Source of the DNA: a virus
Lineage: Duplodnaviria; Caudoviricetes
IMG/VR virus record: IMGVR_UViG_3300032225_001599
Span: 1-25,073 of that record
Length of the DNA: 25,073 bases
Strand: one strand, 5' to 3'
Shown here one piece after another: positions 1 through 5,638 of this stretch (position 1 is its first letter; each line of letters opens with the position of its first letter). The notes below the pieces were generated by a model that saw only the letters and a program-made list of their open reading frames with translations, was not told the DNA's origin and did not search any database. The position numbers were made by a program, and so were the translations under genes.

Positions 1-171
1 CCGTCCAATATCTTCGAGCGAACGCGGGGCGCAGTTAGCCGCCGCTTGCACCGCAGTGCAGTAGAATTGCTCCAGCGCGAAATCCAACCCCAACACATGT
101 TGACAAATAAGCCGTTCAAACGCCGCATTATGTGCATAGATCATTCCTATGTGGTTGCGGACGCGGGCGGG
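1..171 (-). CDS. Fragment of a phage family A DNA polymerase 3'-5' exonuclease domain (APSE-like); probably foreign/chimeric sequence
   Basis: Manual translation gives PARVRNHIGMIYAHNAAFERLICQHVLGLDFALEQFYCTAVQAAANCAPRSLEDIGR, with the ExoII-type AHNAxFE motif. It runs off the window end, is visibly GC-richer than the rest, and lacks a polymerase-like N-terminus upstream. Confidence 0.7.
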
Positions 172-217
172 GTGTGAGTTGAAACAGCTGCCTGATGATT
201 TTGCCCACTCCCCCCTT
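163..217 (-). other. Probable phage genome end / cos-proximal sequence
   Basis: Minus strand reads AAGGGGGGAGTGGGCAAAATC...CACACCCCGCCCGC, a G-run/GC-rich pattern at the end of the HNH-containing arm, where terminase genes would follow in a circular map. Composition changes abruptly here. Confidence 0.4.
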
Positions 218-221
218 AGTT

Positions 222-251
222 TATTTACCTAGGTAATATTTACCTCGGTAA
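222..251. repeat. Two tandem 15-bp units, each containing a palindrome TTACCT(A/C)GGTAA
   Basis: TATTTACCTAGGTAA (222-236) and TATTTACCTCGGTAA (237-251). Confidence 0.8.
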
Positions 252-270
252 GTATTTGGTTTAGGTTAAA

Positions 271-307
271 GCTAATCCCCCTAACCTGATTAGGTTAGAG
301 GGTTAGC
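271..307. terminator. Hairpin, likely intrinsic terminator of the leftmost cassette
   Basis: GCTAATCCCCCTAACCT-GATT-AGGTTAGAGGGTTAGC, just past the stop at 320. Confidence 0.7.
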
Positions 308-319
308 GGTGGTTAATTG

Positions 320-460
320 TTATAGGAATTCGAACGGGTCTCTATCTTCAAACATTTCCTCAAACTCGCTAAGGCTGTATTGTCTTTCGCTTTCCCAGAA
401 TTCTTTAACCCTTTCTTTAATCACTTCGGCTTGCTCATCTACTATCTGTTTATTAGTCAT
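320..460 (-). CDS. Hypothetical acidic microprotein (46 aa; not in ORF track)
   Basis: MTNKQIVDEQ...EEMFEDRDPFEFL; AAAGGGAAAG RBS; TAATG overlap with upstream stop. Confidence 0.7.
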   Translation of the reverse strand: MTNKQIVDEQAEVIKERVKEFWESERQYSLSEFEEMFEDRDPFEFL

Positions 461-621
461 TACTTTCCCTTTCTTTCGTTAATGATTAGTATTGCCGCTT
501 TTAGTCTTAGTTCATCTTCGGGCGTGTTAAGCCAAGGTAACATATTTAACGCTTTTGTCATGTTTCTTAATTCCCATGTAGGTCTATTGCGTAATAGGTT
601 TCTTGCCTGAGTTATGTCCAT
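460..621 (-). CDS. Hypothetical protein (53 aa; start revised from 768)
   Basis: MDITQARNLL...NERKGK; AAAGGGAACTAATG RBS and coupling. Confidence 0.75.
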   Translation of the reverse strand: MDITQARNLLRNRPTWELRNMTKALNMLPWLNTPEDELRLKAAILIINERKGK

Positions 622-734
622 TAGTTCCCTTTCTTTCTTTCGTGTGTTGTGTCGTTTGCTTGGTTTAGTAACGCTTGAAAGCCACGCCCTAAGATGAAAG
701 CGCCTAGGGCTATAAGTAGTGTTAAGCCGTTCAT
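621..734 (-). CDS. Small membrane microprotein (37 aa; not in ORF track)
   Basis: MNGLTLLIALGAFILGRGFQALLNQ...KKGN; hydrophobic N-terminus; TAATG overlaps at both ends. Confidence 0.65.
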   Translation of the reverse strand: MNGLTLLIALGAFILGRGFQALLNQANDTTHERKKGN

Positions 735-910
735 TAGTTCCCCTTGGCTTGTGCCGTCTCAATAGCATAAGTAGCCATTTCTAACAATTCGCAAAAGTAA
801 GCGCTTTCGTTGCCTGTTAGTTTAGGCATCTTATAATCGTCTGTCAGTGTTCCTTGTTTCTCTAATCTGATTAGTTCTCTGACTAGTTCCCTGATGTTTG
901 CCTTGGTCAT
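734..910 (-). CDS. Hypothetical protein (58 aa; not in ORF track)
   Basis: MTKANIRELVRELIRLEKQG...AQAKGN; AAAGGGAACTAATG RBS. Confidence 0.7.
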   Translation of the reverse strand: MTKANIRELVRELIRLEKQGTLTDDYKMPKLTGNESAYFCELLEMATYAIETAQAKGN

Positions 911-993
911 TAGTTCCCTTTCGTTGTGTTGTTTAGGTTATTTAGTTGTAGTCCTATTCTCTCACAATTCAGCCGTTTAGGCTAGATATTCAG

Positions 994-1009
994 ATAACAA
1001 AATGGTAAA
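994..1009. promoter_or_regulatory. RTAAC-N6-RTAAC-type direct-repeat box (MtrA/GlnR-like)
   Basis: ATAAC-AAAATG-GTAAA upstream of the 320-910 cassette. Confidence 0.45.
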
Positions 1010-1134
1010 GATTAGGTCTCAAAATTGTTATCGTTTGCCTATTGACTTTTAGGCGTTACATATGCTATAAGTTTTTAGTTTTTGTTTGGCGTGTGTTGTA
1101 TAGCATATTTTAGGTTTAGACACGCCATAAGTTG

Positions 1135-1150
1135 ATAACGATTTGGTAAC
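1135..1150. promoter_or_regulatory. RTAAC-N6-RTAAC direct-repeat box (MtrA/GlnR-like)
   Basis: ATAAC-GATTTG-GTAAC. Confidence 0.55.
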
Positions 1151-1154
1151 GGTG

Positions 1155-1170
1155 TCGAACATTTGTTCGA
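1155..1170. promoter_or_regulatory. LexA operator (actinobacterial SOS box)
   Basis: TCGAAC-ATTT-GTTCGA, exact match to TCGAAC-N4-GTTCGA; immediately followed by TAAAAT (1171-1176). Confidence 0.8.
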
Positions 1171-1349
1171 TAAAATCGGCTTGCGAGGTTGCGCGTAGAG
1201 ACACTTTTAGAGGGGGGTTGGTGTGATAGTTCATTCTAGGGGGTAAGGCTGTGTAGCGGGCTTATAGGGCTTTTTAGAGGGTGGTCGCTTTGGCAATTTT
1301 AGGATATCAGCCGTTAATCGTTTGTATCCTAACGACTTTTTAGGGTAAG

Positions 1350-1387
1350 ACTAAACCCCTTGACCTATCGGCTAAGGGGTTAGTTTT
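1350..1387. terminator. Hairpin, likely bidirectional terminator
   Basis: ACTAAACCCCTT...AAGGGGTTAGT followed by a T-run, just past the stop at 1399. Confidence 0.7.
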
Positions 1388-1398
1388 GTAGCTTTAAA

Positions 1399-1845
1399 TT
1401 AATTGCCTGAGATGTCGCTAATATCGTAATCCTGTACCTCATATGTATAGTCTCTGGTCAAGATATCACAATCAATCAACTCAGACATATCCATATCTTC
1501 CAAGTCAATTCCCCTAGAATGCTTAATCGTTGCCGTTCCTGTAATTGTAAAAGTAACCTCGGTTTCCTGTTCAATTTCAAGTTTAAAGATTTCCGCTAAA
1601 TCTCGATTAAGTCCGTCTAAATCTTCCCAATGTTCGTTAAGATATGCGTCTAATTCAATCACCCTATTTTGTAAAGTTTCTAGATTCACCTCGGTTGCCT
1701 TAACTAGTCTGTTAAGTCCATCTATCTCGGTTTGTTTAGCCTTAAGTAAGGTGATTAGGTTAGCGGTGATATCATCACCTTGCATTAATATGCCTGATAT
1801 CTCCTGCTCAACTTTTGATATGTTGATATCGTTAATCTGTTCCAT
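1399..1845 (-). CDS. Hypothetical protein, N-terminal coiled coil and acidic beta-rich C-terminus
   Basis: 148-aa ORF, GAAAGGGA RBS, heptad-like N-terminal half. Confidence 0.8.
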   Translation of the reverse strand: MEQINDINISKVEQEISGILMQGDDITANLITLLKAKQTEIDGLNRLVKATEVNLETLQNRVIELDAYLNEHWEDLDGLNRDLAEIFKLEIEQETEVTFTITGTATIKHSRGIDLEDMDMSELIDCDILTRDYTYEVQDYDISDISGN

Positions 1846-1924
1846 GTTATCCCTTTCTAACGGTGGCTATTTACTACTCGTCTATATCTTCGCATATCCC
1901 CAATGGTAAACCTAGGATATTTAG

Positions 1925-1940
1925 GTTACAGTTTGATAAC
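1925..1940. promoter_or_regulatory. Direct-repeat box (MtrA/GlnR-like)
   Basis: GTTAC-AGTTTG-ATAAC upstream of ORF 1399-1845. Confidence 0.5.
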
Positions 1941-2014
1941 GATTTCTTTCTGTAATCTTTATCTTTTAGCCTTGCTTTATCGTGTCTAATCTGCTAAGAA
2001 TTGTTAAAATATCT

Positions 2015-2047
2015 AACCAGATTTTGAACAGATTTCGACCAGATTCT
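2015..2047 (+). repeat. Three degenerate 11-bp tandem repeats
   Basis: AACCAGATTTT GAACAGATTTC GACCAGATTCT. Confidence 0.75.
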
Positions 2048-2483
2048 AGCAAGTAGTCAAAACTTTATCCGTATAAACATACGCATATCGCCAAGGGTTA
2101 GACTCAAAATCAACACCGAACCTAGCCTTAATGTCTGTAAAATCTGCCCAATTCAACAGGCGAGATATCGTTAAACCTAAGTCATATATAGCTTTAAACC
2201 CTCGTTCAATACCAACACCCGAACCCTTCAAATATATTTCGTCTTTAAGTTTGCCGTAACCAAAATATTGGCTTAAAAGATAGTTTAAATCCCAAGAAGT
2301 GACCTGCTTTCGTTTATCGTCAAAATACCACAATTTGACCGAATAATAATAAGTCAAATTGCTTTGGCTTGTCTTATGAATAATTACTTCAAAAGACCCG
2401 CCACACTCATTAATTAAGGCGTGTATCTGCCTTGCATAATATTCGGCTTGTGTCTGTAATTCTTGCTTTTGTTCCTTGTTCAT
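2046..2483 (-). CDS. Hypothetical phage protein (start revised to MNKEQ)
   Basis: AGAAAGGGAAAGA RBS before the ATG at 2483; 145 aa. Confidence 0.8.
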   Translation of the reverse strand: MNKEQKQELQTQAEYYARQIHALINECGGSFEVIIHKTSQSNLTYYYSVKLWYFDDKRKQVTSWDLNYLLSQYFGYGKLKDEIYLKGSGVGIERGFKAIYDLGLTISRLLNWADFTDIKARFGVDFESNPWRYAYVYTDKVLTTC

Positions 2484-2570
2484 TCTTTCCCTTTCTTGTG
2501 TTGTGTAATGCTTATAGTTAGACCATACACCGAACACAACTAAAAAACTATAAAAAACTATAAATTCTTT

Positions 2571-2586
2571 ATAACAAAATTGTAAT
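2571..2586. promoter_or_regulatory. Direct-repeat box (MtrA/GlnR-like)
   Basis: ATAAC-AAAATT-GTAAT upstream of ORF 2046-2483. Confidence 0.45.
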
Positions 2587-2639
2587 CTTTTTTAGTCGTG
2601 TCTAGCGTGTTTATATGCTAAGACTAAGGCAGTTAGATT

Positions 2640-2679
2640 AGCCTAAATCCCCTAACTAAATATAGCTAGGGGATAGGCT
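2640..2679. terminator. Hairpin, likely terminator
   Basis: AGCCTAAATCCCCTAACTA...TAGCTAGGGGATAGGCT. Confidence 0.65.
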
Positions 2680-2705
2680 TACGGTTTAGGCTGAGAGGTT
2701 GCCCA

Positions 2706-2749
2706 GACCGAAACTTGACCGAATTCTGACCGAATTCTGACCGAATTTT
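2706..2749 (+). repeat. Four 11-bp tandem repeats, consensus GACCGAATTCT
   Basis: GACCGAAACTT GACCGAATTCT GACCGAATTCT GACCGAATTTT. Confidence 0.9.
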
Positions 2750-2954
2750 AGTCGCTATGTTGAATATGACCTGCAAAACTAAAATTATCGCAATCAGTTT
2801 CACCATAATAAGACCGTCTGACCGAAATTTGAACCAAATTACCTAACTCAGACCGAATAATCTTTACTGCTTCACCAATATTGTTGGCTTCCACCATATC
2901 GCCTACACTTTGATTGAAACCAGAAACACCAACCGAAAACGAATACCAATTCAT
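2748..2954 (-). CDS. Hypothetical protein (68 aa)
   Basis: ORF track; ATGA overlap with upstream gene; GAGGGGG RBS. Confidence 0.65.
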   Translation of the reverse strand: MNWYSFSVGVSGFNQSVGDMVEANNIGEAVKIIRSELGNLVQISVRRSYYGETDCDNFSFAGHIQHSD

Positions 2955-3121
2955 TCCTGACCCCCTCTCAAAGTGTCGCTAATACTTGTGAAACATAAAA
3001 TAAAACCAAAAGTTAAAAGAACTATCAATAAAGTTCCAATCCATTTAGTTAGTTCAGAACCAATAGTTTTTTCTTTTATAGCAAATCCAAACCATTTAGG
3101 CATCAATTCTTCTTCATTCAT
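2951..3121 (-). CDS. Small single-TM protein (56 aa; not in ORF track)
   Basis: MNEEELMPKW...WIGTLLIVLLTFGFILCFTSI...GGQE; RBS and coupling. Confidence 0.65.
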   Translation of the reverse strand: MNEEELMPKWFGFAIKEKTIGSELTKWIGTLLIVLLTFGFILCFTSISDTLRGGQE

Positions 3122-3241
3122 TTATTTTCCCTTTTCTTTTTCTAAACATTTTTCACAAGTCATTTCATCATTTAATTCATCTGTATCAAAATCATCTAAA
3201 CATTTATTACAACTACTTATAGGCGATATATAACTATTCAT
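3122..3241 (-). CDS. CxxC...CxxC microprotein (39 aa; not in ORF track)
   Basis: MNSYISPISSCNKCLDDFDTDELNDEMTCEKCLEKEKGK; AAGGAAAAGGAAA RBS. Confidence 0.65.
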   Translation of the reverse strand: MNSYISPISSCNKCLDDFDTDELNDEMTCEKCLEKEKGK

Positions 3242-3259
3242 TTTCCTTTTTCCTTATCT

Positions 3260-3439
3260 CTAAACTAAATTCACAAACTTAGTTTCATCAGATTGTTCAT
3301 CAACAACATAACCGCAACTCTCACACATATAAACATCACCATTAGCGACAGGTTTTAGAAATGTTGCCCCGCAATACTCACAACCATAAGTAAACGGTTG
3401 GCAAGATTTACATTTACGATTACCACAACCCCAGGTCAT
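3260..3439 (-). CDS. Cys-rich zinc-ribbon microprotein (59 aa; not in ORF track)
   Basis: MTWGCGNRKCKSCQPFTYGCEYCG...CESCG...; TAATG coupling. Confidence 0.7.
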   Translation of the reverse strand: MTWGCGNRKCKSCQPFTYGCEYCGATFLKPVANGDVYMCESCGYVVDEQSDETKFVNLV

Positions 3440-3540
3440 TAGTTATCATCCATTTCACTAGGGCAAGAACAATTATCGGGGTATCGTTCAAAACAAATTT
3501 CACATTGTGTGCCACACGCTACGCATAAACACTCACTCAT
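3439..3540 (-). CDS. Cys-rich microprotein (33 aa, 7 Cys; not in ORF track)
   Basis: MSECLCVACGTQCEICFERYPDNCSCPSEMDDN; TAATG overlaps at both ends. Confidence 0.6.
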   Translation of the reverse strand: MSECLCVACGTQCEICFERYPDNCSCPSEMDDN

Positions 3541-3731
3541 TAGTTATCTTCCTTTTCTTCATTGACAATATCAATCACACTAACATCGGCAGAAACCAAC
3601 ATAACATTATCTAACCCTTTATTAGTTGTGTGATAAAGTTTTTCATCATTAATAATTACTTGATGCCAATTTAAGTCTTTATCGCTAGTAATCTCAAAAA
3701 TTCTTACTAACTCGATTACATAAGTTTTCAA
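3540..3731 (-). CDS. Hypothetical protein (63 aa, TTG start)
   Basis: ORF track; AAAGGGAG RBS; overlap coupling. Confidence 0.65.
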   Translation of the reverse strand: MKTYVIELVRIFEITSDKDLNWHQVIINDEKLYHTTNKGLDNVMLVSADVSVIDIVNEEKEDN

Positions 3732-3976
3732 TTTTCATCTCCCTTTATCTCTTTAACGATAAACCAATCATCACCGTTATCTTTACTGAAATAGCTTTTA
3801 AATTCTTCTTCATCTCCAAAATAAAACCATACCCTTTGGTCAAAAGCATCATTAGCACATAACTGTTCATACCTAGTTTTATCGTTCATAATATAGACTT
3901 CTTGAATTTCAATTTCATCATTCATAAGCCATTGAACCTCTATTTCAGCCCAACGACCATTATCTGTATAGTCCAT
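3728..3976 (-). CDS. Hypothetical acidic protein (start revised to MDYTD)
   Basis: GAAAGGGAAA RBS, TAATG overlap. Confidence 0.75.
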   Translation of the reverse strand: MDYTDNGRWAEIEVQWLMNDEIEIQEVYIMNDKTRYEQLCANDAFDQRVWFYFGDEEEFKSYFSKDNGDDWFIVKEIKGDEN

Positions 3977-4155
3977 TATTTCCCTTTCTTTACCCATAGA
4001 ACAGCAGACCTAGGCGCTCTCTCAATGTTACAAATGCGTTCAATGGCTTCATCTGTGTCTTGCGCCCAAATACCAAGACGAATTCTGCCTTTATCGTGTT
4101 TTAGACACACAACAAACATACCGCCATACTGACCGTTATCGTTCCAATTAGACAT
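3976..4155 (-). CDS. Hypothetical protein (start revised to MSNWN)
   Basis: AAGGAAAAAA RBS; in-operon position. Confidence 0.7.
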   Translation of the reverse strand: MSNWNDNGQYGGMFVVCLKHDKGRIRLGIWAQDTDEAIERICNIERAPRSAVLWVKKGK

Positions 4156-4300
4156 TTTTTTCCTTTTCTTCTTGTATTGCCAAACAATAAGTTTCAATAA
4201 ACGCCGTAAATAAATTCAAGCCGTAATGATTATTTACTTGGTCTGTATCGCATAATAGGTTATGTATCTCTAATAATTCCCAAATCTGTTCCTTAGTCAT
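4148..4300 (-). CDS. Hypothetical protein (start revised to MTKEQ)
   Basis: GAGGAAAA RBS; overlaps both neighbours. Confidence 0.6.
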   Translation of the reverse strand: MTKEQIWELLEIHNLLCDTDQVNNHYGLNLFTAFIETYCLAIQEEKEKNV

Positions 4301-4412
4301 TATTTTCCTCGCAATCGTGTCCATTGAACCATTCATCACTTTCGGCATCACTAAACAAGTCAAATACCCTAAAACATTCAGGACATTTTGGTTGTGTTGT
4401 AAATTCATTCAT
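4293..4412 (-). CDS. CxxC...HxC zinc-binding microprotein (39 aa; not in ORF track)
   Basis: MNEFTTQPKCPECFRVFDLFSDAESDEWFNGHDCEENND; TAATG coupling. Confidence 0.7.
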   Translation of the reverse strand: MNEFTTQPKCPECFRVFDLFSDAESDEWFNGHDCEENND

Positions 4413-4558
4413 TAGAAACCAACTCCCATAATTACAAAATGGTCATCAAGCCACTTTTTAGTTTCAGGGTCAGTTTTATCATCTTTTTTGATTGTATTGA
4501 AAATAGCGTCAATAATAGCTATTTTTTCTGCTGTTTGTTGCTTTTCTTGCTCATTCAT
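4412..4558 (-). CDS. Hypothetical microprotein (48 aa), first gene of its cassette
   Basis: MNEQEKQQTAEK...FVIMGVGF; AAAGGGAAAAA RBS. Confidence 0.65.
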   Translation of the reverse strand: MNEQEKQQTAEKIAIIDAIFNTIKKDDKTDPETKKWLDDHFVIMGVGF

Positions 4559-4641
4559 TTTTTCCCTTTGTTTAGGTAGCCGTTAGTGGCTACAACAAAG
4601 ACATTACCAAAACGACACGACAAAACAAGCACATTTCATAC

Positions 4642-4663
4642 ACCGTTATAAAACCGTTATAAA
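4642..4663. promoter_or_regulatory. Perfect 11-bp direct repeat box (MtrA/GlnR-like)
   Basis: ACCGTTATAAA ACCGTTATAAA (ATAAC-N6-ATAAC on the minus strand), upstream of a TGgTAATGT extended -10 at 4601-4609. Confidence 0.6.
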
Positions 4664-4664
4664 A

Positions 4665-4703
4665 GCCAAAAACCCTTAGTGGACAAAGACTAAGGGTTTA
4701 GGC
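4665..4703 (-). terminator. Intrinsic terminator downstream of HNH
   Basis: AAACCCTTAGT...ACTAAGGGTTT stem with a minus-strand T tract. Confidence 0.75.
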
Positions 4704-4757
4704 GTGTTATTCGTTATCGGGTATCACAACCGAATTTTAGAACCGAATAACCAAAAT

Positions 4758-5090
4758 TTAGGTTAGCGGTTTATTGCCCCGCTTTTCATTACAACTCTTA
4801 TGAGCAGGTAAAAGTGTTGCAGTAGAACCAAATTCAGCAGGAACAGCATGGTCAGCAACCCAAGGGTCTTCAAACCTAGCCCCACTATCGCACAAATGAC
4901 AAACCAAAGCAGTTTCTCTAACCAATTTAGCCCGCTTTTGATAATCACCCGAATACTGTCCCGTCAATTTTTTTACCGCAGCTCTTTTAGCGTTATGAAG
5001 TTGTTGAACCAAATTTTCGTGTTCATCACAACGATTACCGCCAGCAGTCAAAATACCACAATCAAGGCAAGGTTTACGAAACTTACCCAT
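4758..5090 (-). CDS. HNH endonuclease (packaging-associated type; start revised to MGKFRKPC)
   Basis: N-terminal CxxCG...RCxxH, then CHLC...ADH...LLPAHKSCNEKRG. Confidence 0.85.
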   Translation of the reverse strand: MGKFRKPCLDCGILTAGGNRCDEHENLVQQLHNAKRAAVKKLTGQYSGDYQKRAKLVRETALVCHLCDSGARFEDPWVADHAVPAEFGSTATLLPAHKSCNEKRGNKPLT

Positions 5091-5265
5091 TATGTTTTTC
5101 ACAATGAGCGATAACCGAATTTTCAGTCGAATACTTGTTCCAACAATTTTCAACCGAATTTCCGAAATTAGAAAGCAAATATAGGACAAATCCGATAAGA
5201 ACCAAATTTACACCAAATATTAGTTTTTCAAACAAAGTTAACTCAGGCATAACATTCCCTTTCAT
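5083..5265 (-). CDS. Small membrane protein
   Basis: One TM helix followed by CW...C; start may be 5250. Confidence 0.65.
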   Translation of the reverse strand: MKGNVMPELTLFEKLIFGVNLVLIGFVLYLLSNFGNSVENCWNKYSTENSVIAHCEKHNG

Positions 5266-5435
5266 TTATCTTTACCCCAGCCAGTTCCATTGAACCGAAT
5301 ATTAGGGCTACCAAACATTCTAACCAAATTTTCTTTACATTGCTTACATTTAGTTGGTGGTTTATGTGTATTAGTTATAGGTTCAGTAATAATAAATTTA
5401 TGTCCATTAGAACATTGGTATTCATAGACTGGCAT
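5262..5435 (-). CDS. FmdB-family zinc ribbon protein (57 aa; not in ORF track)
   Basis: MPVYEYQCSNGH...CKQC...LVRMFGSPNIRFNGTGW. Confidence 0.85.
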   Translation of the reverse strand: MPVYEYQCSNGHKFIITEPITNTHKPPTKCKQCKENLVRMFGSPNIRFNGTGWGKDK

Positions 5436-5638
5436 TATTCCTCATCATTCAAAGGGTCGTAGATAGCTTGAAAACCTAAAGCTATGTCTGTGTTAGTAAG
5501 TAATGTTGAATCTTTTGTTTCTTGTGATAATTGTTTATCAGCGTGTTTATGTGTCCTACGCCAATTCTTAACCAAACTAACCGAATCTCGGTCATCAGTT
5601 TCAAATTCTGCACCACAAGAACAAACCTCACGAATCAT
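5435..5638 (-). CDS. Hypothetical zinc-binding protein
   Basis: CSCGA...WRRTHKH; TAATG coupling. Confidence 0.75.
   Translation of the reverse strand: MIREVCSCGAEFETDDRDSVSLVKNWRRTHKHADKQLSQETKDSTLLTNTDIALGFQAIYDPLNDEE

Noticed and set aside
1049-1234. 61-aa minus-strand ORF
   Set aside because: It has no AAAGGG-type RBS and overlaps the SOS box and other motifs, so it is more likely non-coding.
2630-2648. IdeR/DtxR iron-box-like TTAGATTAGCCTAA (also TTAGGTTA near 261 and 290)
   Set aside because: Only partial matches, overlapping terminator stems that already explain the symmetry.
2706-2749. Possible CRISPR or mini-array
   Set aside because: The 11-bp units are contiguous with no spacers, and there are no cas genes.
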